Part shown: one piece after another, positions 39,578 to 49,899 of the stretch
How the letters are laid out: every line of letters begins with the position of its first letter
Numbering within the stretch: position 1 is the stretch's first letter
IMG/VR virus record: IMGVR_UViG_3300046170_000378
Coordinates: 148,343-212,342 of that record
Length of the DNA: 64,000 nucleotides
Strand: one strand, 5' to 3'
The notes under the pieces: generated by a model
The model's database searches: none
The model's input: the letters and a program-made list of their open reading frames with translations, nothing else
What the model was told of the DNA's origin: nothing
Program-made: the position numbers and the translations under genes

Positions 39578-39946
39578 TTAGTACAGTATTTGTTTAGGAT
39601 ATTTTTCAAATAAGATATATCCGGATCTAATTCTAGCATCTACGTGAGGAGTAGCGTAGTCAACTATTTCTACTATTTTAGATAATTCCACATTGTCTTC
39701 ACCTTCTAATTTAGGATTATCAAAATAAGCATATCTGTTTTTATCAAAAACCTTTTGCATAATAATCCACTTGGAGATAAAGTAATCCATCTCATCTTTA
39801 AGCCTTTCTAAATGTAAAAGATGTGGAGAAACTTTCTTGCTAAGGTAAGATTTATCAACCGATTCCAAATAAGCATATAAAACATATTGCTTATGTTCAA
39901 AATCAACTGGAGCTTGAGAATACCAATCTAAATCTAATAGCTTCAT
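39578..39946 (-). CDS. Late hypothetical protein
   Basis: ORF track; minus-strand GATATATA at 39951-39958. Confidence 0.65.
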   Translation of the reverse strand: MKLLDLDWYSQAPVDFEHKQYVLYAYLESVDKSYLSKKVSPHLLHLERLKDEMDYFISKWIIMQKVFDKNRYAYFDNPKLEGEDNVELSKIVEIVDYATPHVDARIRSGYILFEKYPKQILY

Positions 39947-39958
39947 AATTTATATATC

Positions 39959-39985
39959 AAAAAAAAGAGGGCCGAAGCCCTCTTT
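39959..39985 (-). terminator. Terminator for the minus-strand operon
   Basis: AAAGAGGGC-CGAA-GCCCTCTTT hairpin; the A-run reads as a U-tract on the minus strand. Confidence 0.8.
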
Positions 39986-39986
39986 C

Positions 39987-40259
39987 TTATTGTCCATGTA
40001 CTTCACTTTTTACAATGAAGATATATTCACCAGGTCGTTCGGGATCTGGTTTGAAATCAATATCAATTATTTCATAATTAAATACTAATCTCATTGTCTC
40101 TCCTGGTTTTGCTCTCATAGTCCATGTTGTACCATAAGGATTTGCAAAATAATCTAGAATATCCACATCAGTATTAAAGTAGCGTGGAGATTTGATCTCT
40201 GAATAGTTAGCGCAACCAAATAGAGTTGCGAAGCATAAAAAAGTAAATAGTTTTTTCAT
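39987..40259 (-). CDS. Putative lipoprotein
   Basis: MKKLF...LFGC lipobox-like N-terminus. Confidence 0.6.
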   Translation of the reverse strand: MKKLFTFLCFATLFGCANYSEIKSPRYFNTDVDILDYFANPYGTTWTMRAKPGETMRLVFNYEIIDIDFKPDPERPGEYIFIVKSEVHGQ

Positions 40260-40273
40260 AATTAATTTTGTTT

Positions 40274-42073
40274 TTATCTAAATATGGTTATATGTCCGGA
40301 TCTTTGGTAAACTTCTGGAGAATTCCATTTACGTGCATAGAATGTATATGTGTAAACACCGTCTGAAACATAGCTCGGTCCATTATTAACACTTCCATTC
40401 CAATATGGATATGAATCAAAATCATCACCATATCCATGATAAATCTCACTACCCCATCTGTTAAAGACCCTAAACTCAACATCGACCCAGCAATTTAGAT
40501 CATAGATCATTTTCCATACATCGTTGATGCCATCGTTGTTAGGTGTAAATGTATTAGGTATAAAAACGGTCCATGGCCAGCATTCTTGCATACCGGGATC
40601 ATCAACACATGGCATACCGGTTTCGCAATCTACAGGAATGAACTCAGTTATAGTGTCTGTTAAATACACATACTCTACGACATCAATAAATGTGGTGTCA
40701 TATTGAGTTACATATAATGTATCAGTTATGAACACAGGAACCTCTACCTCAACAGTGTCTATCACATCAATATAAATAGTATCAGTTATGAACACAGGAA
40801 CCTCTACCTCAACGGTGTCTATTATGTTTACATAAACAGTATCGGTTATTGTTATCGTTTCATATTCACATGAACCATCGTCTTCTTCTGCATTTGGGTC
40901 AAAGTTAATTGCACATATATCTGTGCATCCTACTTCTGGCTCACACAGTGGAACAGGCGGTAAGTTCACAACAGTAGTGTTATTACCAGTAACTATTTCG
41001 TCATTAACAGTATTAACTTCTATTACAAATAATCCACCTTCAGACCAACCTTCTGGAAATACAAACTGTCCAGTATTAAATGTTTGACCTTCACCTGGCG
41101 GTATTTGTAAAATCATACTATCTCCACTATCATAACAAAACGTCGCGTCGGGATGCCAAAGTTCTACACAATATGTGTTCATATCAATGTCACCAGAATT
41201 AGTTATAGTAAATTGAACTTGATAATATGGATTTCCAGAGGCATCACAGCCGGTTATGAATTCAACATTTCCGGCTACTTGTGCATCTGTTGAGCCTTCA
41301 GGTGGATAGACACAGCTACCATCATCTTCAGTTGCATTTGGTTCATAATTTAATGCATCGGGATCGGTACAACCTGGAATAACAACAGTTTCGCAAATGA
41401 AATCTTCACCCTGGATCATTGCAGGTCCAGGATTGTCTTCTCTACAAACTGACCATGAATTATCACAATCCATATCTGGATATATTTGCACATTTGAAAG
41501 TGGCTGTTGTCCATCGTCATTAGCACCTAATTCAGCCCAACCTCCACCTGGGGCGTTAGGGCCATCATTTTGATACCATGAGTTTGAATAGTTTATTTGC
41601 CAAATAACAAACTCTACACATTCTCCTTGATCTAGCCAATAATCAATTACTGGAGCAGCACAGCAGCCTATTGCTGGAGAACCATCACAATTACCATTAC
41701 TTGGATTATCTAGCTCTACAACAAAGGTATCTCCAGTGTACAGTGGAAATTCTGAACTAGCATAATTTGATGGAAAATCAGAAGCTGATGGACCATACCA
41801 CCAACCAGGATGATTAGAAGTTGGTGCCATAAAACATGGACCATCGTCGTCTACATCGACAGCTTCATTTTGACCAGGAATATGAAAGCCAATCATTACC
41901 ATATTGACATGATCATTACTTCCATTATATCCAGTAGCTCCGCAGCCCTCGCCGTTAATGACTTCAACTGTAACTTCATAAGTATTTAAATTTACATCTG
42001 TAATTGCCAAATCACATTGACCTGAAATCACAAATACATGAAAAAACGTAAGTAAAAATAATAATCTTTTCAT
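40274..42073 (-). CDS. Secreted protein with T9SS type-B (gliding-motility-associated CHU_C) C-terminal domain
   Basis: Signal peptide; GCTDPDALNY..ATEDDGSC repeats; ITDT.Y repeats with a 60-bp duplication; IPNTFTPNNDGINDVW..VFNRWG..WNG..DGVYTY. Confidence 0.85.
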   Translation of the reverse strand: MKRLLFLLTFFHVFVISGQCDLAITDVNLNTYEVTVEVINGEGCGATGYNGSNDHVNMVMIGFHIPGQNEAVDVDDDGPCFMAPTSNHPGWWYGPSASDFPSNYASSEFPLYTGDTFVVELDNPSNGNCDGSPAIGCCAAPVIDYWLDQGECVEFVIWQINYSNSWYQNDGPNAPGGGWAELGANDDGQQPLSNVQIYPDMDCDNSWSVCREDNPGPAMIQGEDFICETVVIPGCTDPDALNYEPNATEDDGSCVYPPEGSTDAQVAGNVEFITGCDASGNPYYQVQFTITNSGDIDMNTYCVELWHPDATFCYDSGDSMILQIPPGEGQTFNTGQFVFPEGWSEGGLFVIEVNTVNDEIVTGNNTTVVNLPPVPLCEPEVGCTDICAINFDPNAEEDDGSCEYETITITDTVYVNIIDTVEVEVPVFITDTIYIDVIDTVEVEVPVFITDTLYVTQYDTTFIDVVEYVYLTDTITEFIPVDCETGMPCVDDPGMQECWPWTVFIPNTFTPNNDGINDVWKMIYDLNCWVDVEFRVFNRWGSEIYHGYGDDFDSYPYWNGSVNNGPSYVSDGVYTYTFYARKWNSPEVYQRSGHITIFR

Positions 42074-43345
42074 TATCTAATAAATATTTTTCTAGTAATA
42101 ACAATACCACCGATGTATTCTTCTACCTGAATATAAAATCCTGGAGTTAGATCACCATACTCAGAGTATGTTCTACCTAATATGTCCACCCATTTTACTT
42201 CAACTATGTCATCATCTAAGTTTCTCACTAAATTTTTAAGATTACCTGATTCAATCATACCCGCATCTCCAGTATCACATTCAGTACCATAATTGACTAA
42301 AAATAAAGTAAGATCATTAACATCTACGACTCCGTCATAGTTAAAATCTGCAGGCAAACATGCTCCGGTTTGGGTGTGCCACGTCAAATAATCTAAAAAG
42401 TCATTGATATTAATATATCCGTTTCCGTCTAAATCCCATGGACAATTACCTAAATCACATCCACTACATTCATTATTAATAGCTGCAGTTCTACCCAATT
42501 CTAATTGAGCGTGCATTCTATTAATTTGACCAGGAGTAAATAAATCTTGACAATTATCAGGCGCATATGACATATAAGATTCGTCGACCTCATCTATATC
42601 TGGACAAGCATCTTGACACGACCAATCAATTGCAGTTGGGGGCGTATCACAAACCCTATCACCTTCAAGTTCACAATCAACTTCGTTAAGAGCAGTAGGT
42701 ACAAGAATAGTTGTTACCGAATAAGTCTCTAGAAAAAGTGTGAGATAATCCACACCAGTGTCCAGCCTCATGTGTAAATGTTTTAGAATCAGAATCTACT
42801 ACTTCTGTAGCTCTAACCCAAACACCAACATTAGCAGGTGGAAGAGCAGTAAATCCTAAAATTCCACCACTCCATTCACCAATGTAGACTTCCATAATGT
42901 CACCGGTGTTTTCACCTATTTCATTTTGAACTTGATTATAACAATATATTGGGTTACTACACCACGAAGATAATTCCGATTCTTCATAAAACCTAACATC
43001 CTCCAAACAAAAAGAAATATCAGTGTTATTGATTTCAAATTGTTCATTTAGATAATCAAATTCATTTTGAATGTCTAATTCAGTAAAATCATACGTGCTT
43101 TGAATAACGTGTATAATTGTAGGAATTGTTTTAAGTGTATTTTGTTGTCTCGCTAACTTTTTTTCTACAGCGTCCTGTAGAGCAAAGAAGGATCTAGCGA
43201 ACTTCTCATCTTTGAGCTCTTCGCTAGTAGTTATAGCTTGCCCACATTTCTCAACGTGATGTAAGCTCTTTTGTGCAATGGCAGTATTAATAGTCAATAG
43301 ACATACCACGGCACTCATAAAAACAGATAGTTTTTTGAGTTGCAT
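42073..43345 (-). CDS. M43 (pappalysin-like) zinc metalloprotease with dockerin/EF-hand repeats and T9SS type-A-like tail, +1 indel at ~42699
   Basis: THEAGHWCGLSHTF, GDRVCDTPP, YMSY...FTPGQ..RM, DLDGNGYININD, C-terminal VDILGR..GFYI..TRKI. Confidence 0.8.
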
Positions 43346-43587
43346 TTAATAACAGTTTATTTTGATTTCTAGCCCATAGAAGTTTAAATGTCGGCGTTCC
43401 GACAGGGCATACCATATATATCGAAAAAGAAGCTTATTTTTATATTTGTGTTGAGCGTTTTTTAAAAAATATTAAATATTTTTACACTAAACACTATACA
43501 TAATAGATGAATATTTAAATAAATCAGACCAACAACCGAGATATATAGATTAATTACACTCATGTAATAAAAAAATAATCAGATATT

Positions 43588-43830
43588 ATGGCATTTAAAG
43601 ACATATTTAAAGACAGTAATGACATTAATGAAAAAAATGTTGTAGGTTTTGCATCATTCGCAATCATGTCGCTGTTTGCACTGGCTGATTTGGTTACTGG
43701 TTTCTTTGGTGAAACATTAACTATTGACGATACTATTTTTAACTCATTTGTAATTGTTACTCTTGGTTCATTTGGTATCGATGGTGTTACTAAAATCTTC
43801 AAAAAATCTGAAGGTAATAAAGAAGGATAA
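43588..43830 (+). CDS. Small 2-TM membrane protein, possible holin
   Basis: Two hydrophobic helices, charged C-terminus, late motif at 43540, upstream of endolysin. Confidence 0.45.
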   Translation: MAFKDIFKDSNDINEKNVVGFASFAIMSLFALADLVTGFFGETLTIDDTIFNSFVIVTLGSFGIDGVTKIFKKSEGNKEG

Positions 43831-43847
43831 AAAATACAAACTTAATA

Positions 43848-44042
43848 ATGAGAAAGAAGATGATAGCATTGTCGTTAAGTTCAATATTATTATTCGGATG
43901 TGGCGCTAGTAAGCCTGCATCGGACGGATGTTGCAAACAAGAGGCACATTTAACAGAAAGAGCAGCTGATGAAGGAATATTAAATGGTTTATTGTTTACA
44001 TTAATAACTTACGCGATACTTAGTACTTTAAAAATAAACTAA
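43848..44042 (+). CDS. Small lipoprotein-like protein
   Basis: LLFGC lipobox-like. Confidence 0.5.
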   Translation: MRKKMIALSLSSILLFGCGASKPASDGCCKQEAHLTERAADEGILNGLLFTLITYAILSTLKIN

Positions 44043-44055
44043 GAATAAAGAGAAC

Positions 44056-44937
44056 ATGATTTTAAAGAAAGGAACAAGAGGTAAAGAAGTTAAACAACTC
44101 CAAGAGTATTTAGAAATAGGTGCAGATGGTGTATTCGGGCCTGGAACTGAAGCTGCAGTAAAAAAGTGGCAAAAAGAAAATAGCTTAGTAGTAGATGGCA
44201 TCGTTGGTCCTAAAACATGGGAAGCCATGGGATTAGCAACTACGGACGAAAGCGAGCAAGTTTATACAACTGATAATGGTTTAATTGTTAATAGACATTT
44301 CTTACCAAAGGGTGAATACTTAAATGGTCCATCTAAAAAAGAATATTGTTTCTTACACCACACAGCTGGTTGGAATAATCCATATAAAACTGTTAGAAAT
44401 TGGGGTAATGACACTAGAGGCCGCATTGCTACAGAGTTTGTGTTAGGTGGGCAAAAACTCACTAATGGTAACAATGACTACGATGGTGTAATGGTACAGT
44501 GTATGCCAGAAGGAGCATATGGATGGCATTTAGGCAAGAACGGATCACAGTATATGCACAAACATTCAGTAGGTATTGAAGTTAATAACTTTGGTTACTT
44601 AAAGAACGGTAAAGCATATCAAGGTAGTACTGCTCACGAATCTCAAATAGTAGAGTTAGCAGAATCATTTAGAGGCTACAAACAATGGCATAGATATTCA
44701 GATGCACAAATAGAAGCATTAGATAAATGGATTCGTTGGATTGGCGAAAGAGATGGTATTGATATTAGAGCTGGATTGCCAGCATTGGTTAAAGAAAAAG
44801 GTGCAGCGGCATTTGAGTGGAACGCAGACGCTTATTATGGTAAAGTCAAAGGTCTATGGACTCACACTAATACTAGAAAAGATAAGACTGATATGTTTCC
44901 ACAGCAGGAGCTTTTAGATTTATTAACTTCGTTATAA
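44056..44937 (+). CDS. Endolysin: peptidoglycan-binding domain + amidase_2
   Basis: VKQLQ..DGVFGPGTEAAVK.WQ..DGIVGPKTW; LHHTAG, SVGIEV, WTHTN.RKDKTD. Confidence 0.88.
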   Translation: MILKKGTRGKEVKQLQEYLEIGADGVFGPGTEAAVKKWQKENSLVVDGIVGPKTWEAMGLATTDESEQVYTTDNGLIVNRHFLPKGEYLNGPSKKEYCFLHHTAGWNNPYKTVRNWGNDTRGRIATEFVLGGQKLTNGNNDYDGVMVQCMPEGAYGWHLGKNGSQYMHKHSVGIEVNNFGYLKNGKAYQGSTAHESQIVELAESFRGYKQWHRYSDAQIEALDKWIRWIGERDGIDIRAGLPALVKEKGAAAFEWNADAYYGKVKGLWTHTNTRKDKTDMFPQQELLDLLTSL

Positions 44938-45066
44938 GATATGAATAAGAATTGTAAATGCACTTCATGTAAGTGCAACCCTAAACCCGAGCGAGTTAGT
45001 TTGTGGACCAAGTTTAAAAAGAGGTTTATGAGATTAATGAGTTAGATTAAATATACGTAGAAGAAT

Positions 45067-45555
45067 ATGTTGAGGCAGATGAAATTTTTGATAATAATGA
45101 TCTTAATGATCACTCAAATAAAAACAAAAACTAAGCCCAAACCTCAGTCTATTCCTATAAATAATTTAATCTCTATTGATTATAAAACCTGGCAACCTAA
45201 AGATTTTCATAAAGAGTGGATTAGAGATAGTCTACAGCCAGGAATACCTCAAATTCCATGGACAATTAATTGGGAATATCAACCACTAAATCACAGAATA
45301 GCTGGAATTACCAGACACATTGACACACGATACATTCTAATAGATTTAAATCCATTATATGCATATGAATGGGATCATGTTTTTATGCACGAATTAATAC
45401 ATGCTCAGCAAATAATTAGAGGAGATCTTGTACAAGAAGGCGATATATGGTATTGGAAAGGCGAAGTAGTAGATTGGTCAATTTCATGGGCAAATAGACC
45501 ATGGGAGATAGATGCTGAAGAAAGGGCAAAAAGTTTTATAAATAGTAGAAAATAA
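45067..45555 (+). CDS. Putative zinc metallopeptidase (HExxH)
   Basis: FMHELIHAQQ...RPWEIDA. Confidence 0.6.
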   Translation: MLRQMKFLIIMILMITQIKTKTKPKPQSIPINNLISIDYKTWQPKDFHKEWIRDSLQPGIPQIPWTINWEYQPLNHRIAGITRHIDTRYILIDLNPLYAYEWDHVFMHELIHAQQIIRGDLVQEGDIWYWKGEVVDWSISWANRPWEIDAEERAKSFINSRK

Positions 45556-45615
45556 TTGCTTCTAGATTTTTTTATGTCAATTATTTGTGGTATATTAGTA
45601 GTATAATTAAAAGCT

Positions 45616-45777
45616 ATGAGCAAGAAAAGGAAATATGATGATAATTTAAACTTCAATGGAGGGTGGTCCTCTGGTGAAGCAGCACATCACATTTCTAAAA
45701 AAATGACTGAACAGACTGTAAAGTCAAAGAAAGCATATACTAGAAAGAAGAAGCATAAAAATAAAGACGATGAGTAA
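45616..45777 (+). CDS. Small basic early protein
   Basis: Manually read; directly follows the early motif. Confidence 0.55.
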   Translation: MSKKRKYDDNLNFNGGWSSGEAAHHISKKMTEQTVKSKKAYTRKKKHKNKDDE

Positions 45778-46447
45778 AATAGTAGTTGTAGGAGATATTC
45801 ATGGGTGTGACAGGTGGAAAGACCTTGTTCATATGCATTCTGATGCTACCGAGTTTGTATTCATTGGGGATTACTTTGATTCTTTTACCAGAAATCACGC
45901 AGAGTGTATTTATAATTTTAAAGAAATTATCGAGTGGAAAGAATCTACCAACATTAAAGTAACTATGTTGATCGGTAATCATGATTTCCACTATATGTCA
46001 GAATGTGGAGGAAGATATGGTGGATGGAGCGCTTGGCATGCTGCTGAAATTGGAGAATTGCTTAAAGCAAATAAACACCACCTACAAGTGGCATATCAGT
46101 ATGATAAATATTTGTTTACTCATGCTGGTGTTTCTAAACAATGGTACGAAGCCAATTTTCCGGAAGAAGGTGATATTGTAGAACAAATCAATGACCTGTG
46201 GTCATATGATAAGCGACCATTTAATCACAGCGGCATGGAAATGTATGGTAATTATGATGGTGAAGGACCGATGTGGATTAGACCCGCTGCGTTGAGAAGA
46301 AATATGCTTAATGAGTCTATTGTTCAAATCGTAGGACATACCCACATGGAAGTAATCGATTATGATGATAATCACTATTTTATCGATACTCTTCCACATG
46401 AATACATGACAATTGAAAATGGTGTTCCAGTCATTTACGAACTATAA
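45770..46447 (+). CDS. Calcineurin-like metallophosphoesterase
   Basis: GDIHG, GDYFD, GNHD, THAG, GHT all intact. Confidence 0.9.
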   Translation: MSKIVVVGDIHGCDRWKDLVHMHSDATEFVFIGDYFDSFTRNHAECIYNFKEIIEWKESTNIKVTMLIGNHDFHYMSECGGRYGGWSAWHAAEIGELLKANKHHLQVAYQYDKYLFTHAGVSKQWYEANFPEEGDIVEQINDLWSYDKRPFNHSGMEMYGNYDGEGPMWIRPAALRRNMLNESIVQIVGHTHMEVIDYDDNHYFIDTLPHEYMTIENGVPVIYEL

Positions 46448-46449
46448 AT

Positions 46450-47040
46450 ATGGAAATCTACGTAGCACCACCGCGAGGCAAAAAAGAAAAAGAGGCATGT
46501 TTGTTTTGGTTAAACCATTTCGGACATGAGGTTATTTGGTTAGATCTAAGGCGTAAAGTTAAAGGTCCATTATTGCTTTGTGGTGGTGCTGACATAGGAA
46601 AAGATCCAGAACGAGACAAGAAAGAATTTATTTGGATCAAACAAGCACTAGATGGTGGACATAAAATCCTCGGAATATGTAGAGGTATGCAAATATTAAA
46701 CACCTATTTCGGTGGTACAGTAATAGATTTACCAGATATTATAGTTGAAGAACATAAGGCTGCTGACTTTTCAGAGAACATAGATCACAGCGGAAAGCCA
46801 TCACAATTCCATACAGTAGAAGATCTTGATGGTAATTTGATCAATGTTAATTCAAGACATCATCAATACTGTAATATTATAGCAGATAATTTTAAAACAA
46901 CACATATATCATTTCCAATGAACTCGATCGTTGAGGGATTTGAAGATCTAGAAAACCAGATCTGGGCAGTACAATGGCATCCAGAAAAAATGGAGTCAGA
47001 AAACAACGAATATCCTTTAGATAAACTTTTTCGAAAATAA
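46450..47040 (+). CDS. Class I glutamine amidotransferase / peptidase C26 (PuuD-like)
   Basis: LCGGADI, GICRGMQ, VNSRHHQ, AVQWHPE. Confidence 0.88.
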   Translation: MEIYVAPPRGKKEKEACLFWLNHFGHEVIWLDLRRKVKGPLLLCGGADIGKDPERDKKEFIWIKQALDGGHKILGICRGMQILNTYFGGTVIDLPDIIVEEHKAADFSENIDHSGKPSQFHTVEDLDGNLINVNSRHHQYCNIIADNFKTTHISFPMNSIVEGFEDLENQIWAVQWHPEKMESENNEYPLDKLFRK

Positions 47041-47101
47041 TTCACCAGGATTTTTTTATGTCAATTATTTGTGGTATATTAGTACTATAATTAAAAACTA
47101 A

Positions 47102-47617
47102 ATGAGAAAGGCACCAAACACAGTTGATCATCAAGAATGGAACGAACAGTTCTTACCAATTATGTGGGCGTTTGTTCAGAGTTATCAAGCATCTGAAAAT
47201 AGTTTCTTAAAAAAGAAAATCAAAGAAGCACTTAAACGTACTATTTACAAGTGGACAGATTTGCCACCTAAATATGTTTCTACAGAGATCATAAGACTTT
47301 TTGAAGAGAATGGTATCGAAGAAGATCCATTTAATCTTATATACACCGACCGTAAAATGTTGGGTAGAGATGAGAACGGTAGAACTATTATGTTGTGGGA
47401 ACACACAACAACAAATCACGAAACTTATCAAACATTTGTTAAGTGTCAATCTCAAGAAGAATTAAAAGAAGCAATGTCAAACCACACTGGAGTTTGTTGG
47501 ATTACTCGCGAAGAGGACAACAGACTCAATAAGAGTGGATTTAGATCAAATAGAGAAGAAGGCTGGAAAGCGGTTTATGAAAAATGCGGTATAAACGTAA
47601 TTGTTCGTAACTTTTAA
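47102..47617 (+). CDS. Early hypothetical protein
   Basis: Follows early motif; WEH..C...EEDNRL may be nuclease-like. Confidence 0.65.
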   Translation: MRKAPNTVDHQEWNEQFLPIMWAFVQSYQASENSFLKKKIKEALKRTIYKWTDLPPKYVSTEIIRLFEENGIEEDPFNLIYTDRKMLGRDENGRTIMLWEHTTTNHETYQTFVKCQSQEELKEAMSNHTGVCWITREEDNRLNKSGFRSNREEGWKAVYEKCGINVIVRNF

Positions 47618-47697
47618 AAATAAACAGCAAAAAGCTTTCCCCGTTAAAATAAAAGTGGTATATTAGTACTGTAATTAAAAAGCTAAAAATAAAAAAT

Positions 47698-48015
47698 ATG
47701 TCAAACATCCTAACATTCGTACTTAGAAACTCCATGGGAGATTCAACAAACAACGGTCTAACTTCAAGAGAAGACTCAATTATTCTGCACCACGGCCCAG
47801 ATGTCGATTTAGCAGATTTAACTCTAATTCCAGATGATGAATTAGTTTTAGTAGAAAGACAACTATTTGGAGAAGATGCGTTTTATGCAGTTCCTGCCGG
47901 ATTATACAAGAACAACAAACACACAATGTTTGGTGGTAACTTTATCCACACTTCAGATTCTAGATTTCCAGGTAGAGCACCGATTCCAGTTCACGACAGA
48001 GTAGAAAATAATTAA
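47698..48015 (+). CDS. Early hypothetical protein
   Basis: MFGGNF..TSDSRF..PIPVHDR motif; follows early motif. Confidence 0.7.
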   Translation: MSNILTFVLRNSMGDSTNNGLTSREDSIILHHGPDVDLADLTLIPDDELVLVERQLFGEDAFYAVPAGLYKNNKHTMFGGNFIHTSDSRFPGRAPIPVHDRVENN

Positions 48016-48033
48016 TCACTTAAAAATAAAATT

Positions 48034-48219
48034 ATGCAATTATCAGAACTAAAAGCTTACGCTGAAAAATTATCCAACGCATTTCCACAAATGGATGAAC
48101 AAATTAGAGATCTTTATTTTCTAGCAGTAGATGAGGTAGAAAGTGGAGAATCAGAGGCAAACGAATGCGAATTAGCGTATTCAGATATGAATGAATTAAC
48201 GGGCGTTAATGAGCACTAA
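48034..48219 (+). CDS. Hypothetical protein
   Basis: ORF track. Confidence 0.6.
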   Translation: MQLSELKAYAEKLSNAFPQMDEQIRDLYFLAVDEVESGESEANECELAYSDMNELTGVNEH

Positions 48220-48562
48220 AACGTATACATTTCCACCAGATGATTGCTATGGTGATGTTTTCGCCATGGTAAACACTGCTTCGGGTACTTATGTATGCCC
48301 CGGTTGGCATCCAGTACCTAAGGGAACTACTAGGGATCAGATTAAATTTAGTAAGAGTACTAAAGTAGTAAAACCAAAAGCTGCGCCAGTGATCACTAAA
48401 ACTGAGAACAGATCATGGAAAGTAGAGTCATCAAAACCTGGTAAATTCTATGAAGTTACCGAAAGAGATGGAGTTTGGGGATGTGATTGTCCTGCAATGA
48501 ACTTCTTTAGAGGTGACTGTAAACACATTAAGGCTAAAAAAAGTGAAAATATTTTAGCCTAG
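48209..48562 (+). CDS. SWIM zinc-finger protein
   Basis: WGCDCP......CKHI. Confidence 0.75.
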   Translation: MSTKTYTFPPDDCYGDVFAMVNTASGTYVCPGWHPVPKGTTRDQIKFSKSTKVVKPKAAPVITKTENRSWKVESSKPGKFYEVTERDGVWGCDCPAMNFFRGDCKHIKAKKSENILA

Positions 48563-48621
48563 ATTTTTTTATGTCAAAAAGATTTGGTATATTAGTAGAG
48601 TAATAATTAAAGAAAGAAAAC

Positions 48622-48822
48622 ATGGCAGAATTAAAAAACAAACAATATATGTTCACCTTTGAAGGTGGCGGTTGGAACACAGTGTGGGCCAAAACCAAAC
48701 GAGGTGCAATTAAAGCAGCTCTTAAAGAGTACAAAGATTCAGATACTTTGAATCCACGTATTGATTCTTTTCACGTAGCTACCGAAGAAGGTCTTCGAGG
48801 TGCAATGTCTCTTTTTTACTAA
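48622..48822 (+). CDS. Early hypothetical protein
   Basis: Follows early motif. Confidence 0.65.
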   Translation: MAELKNKQYMFTFEGGGWNTVWAKTKRGAIKAALKEYKDSDTLNPRIDSFHVATEEGLRGAMSLFY

Positions 48823-48840
48823 TCTAAAATAAATAATAAA

Positions 48841-49317
48841 ATGAATAAATTACAAGCACTTAAGTGCATCGAGGTTACCTCACAGACACAAGCAGATAAT
48901 GGCAACATATGTTACCATGACCCAATTGCAAATTGCGATTACATTCTTTATGAAAACGGATATGTGCGCAGATCTCTTCCAAGAGTTCGCAACTACTATG
49001 GTAGACTAGATACCACACATGCAATTTATCAATTAAATCCAACTAGAACAGAAAAGCACGTCAGCGAATGGAGTGGCAATATATTCGATAATAAAATTCG
49101 TATTATGTTACCTACACATGAAGAGCGCATGGAATGTGCTGCACGTGGAGTTGTTAATTATCGTAATACTCTTAAAAAGCGAGATCGAGTTAAGCTCATG
49201 AGAGGTGCTATCAATAATATCAAACAACTTATTAATAACCTAGAAGACGAGCATGGACAATATAACCTCTCTAAACTAGATAATACACTAACTGAAATTA
49301 AAACCCTAGTAAAATAA
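48841..49317 (+). CDS. Hypothetical protein
   Basis: ORF track. Confidence 0.65.
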   Translation: MNKLQALKCIEVTSQTQADNGNICYHDPIANCDYILYENGYVRRSLPRVRNYYGRLDTTHAIYQLNPTRTEKHVSEWSGNIFDNKIRIMLPTHEERMECAARGVVNYRNTLKKRDRVKLMRGAINNIKQLINNLEDEHGQYNLSKLDNTLTEIKTLVK

Positions 49318-49322
49318 TCGAC

Positions 49323-49565
49323 ATGAACAAAGATAATCTAACACCATTTGAACAAGAGCTACTTAAAAACCTAAACAAAAAAGCCATGCTAATGGTGAAA
49401 GCTGAAGAATATCTCCGCGAAGCCAAAATTCCATTTACTACCGCTATATTTGACGAAATGTCAGAAGAGGATCTAGAAGCGTTTACAGTTACATGGAATC
49501 CCGAAAACCAAAAAAAGATGAGGGAAAAGTACATTAATAATAGTGAAACAAAAGAGGACAACTAG
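49323..49565 (+). CDS. Hypothetical protein
   Basis: ORF track. Confidence 0.6.
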   Translation: MNKDNLTPFEQELLKNLNKKAMLMVKAEEYLREAKIPFTTAIFDEMSEEDLEAFTVTWNPENQKKMREKYINNSETKEDN

Positions 49566-49574
49566 CATAGAAAA

Positions 49575-49889
49575 ATGGATTTAAACCAAAGAGAAGAATC
49601 TGGGCCAAAACCCATAGTTGTGTACTACCTACACTATTTTGACGATCTCCAACTCGAGCGCGCATTTAATAAACACAAGGACTTCGCAATTTGTGTTATG
49701 GCAGAATCAAGTGCAGAAGCAATTGAAAAGGCCAAAGTTATCGCTCAAAATCCTAATATCAAAATTATGGGCATTGCAAATGGAAAAGAATCGTGGGTAA
49801 ATGAAAAAGCACCTATGGGAACGGGCGAAGAGATCATGCCTCTTGGTGGTTGGGATAAAGCTTGGAGAAATAGGGCCAAGAAATCCTAA
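49575..49889 (+). CDS. Hypothetical protein
   Basis: ORF track. Confidence 0.6.
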   Translation: MDLNQREESGPKPIVVYYLHYFDDLQLERAFNKHKDFAICVMAESSAEAIEKAKVIAQNPNIKIMGIANGKESWVNEKAPMGTGEEIMPLGGWDKAWRNRAKKS

Positions 49890-49899
49890 TATATAATTC

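Noticed and set aside
40274-43345. Bacterial chromosome contamination or prophage boundary
   Set aside because: The operon carries the phage GATATATA motif and similar AT-rich composition, with no integrase or att site seen; read-level confirmation is still advisable
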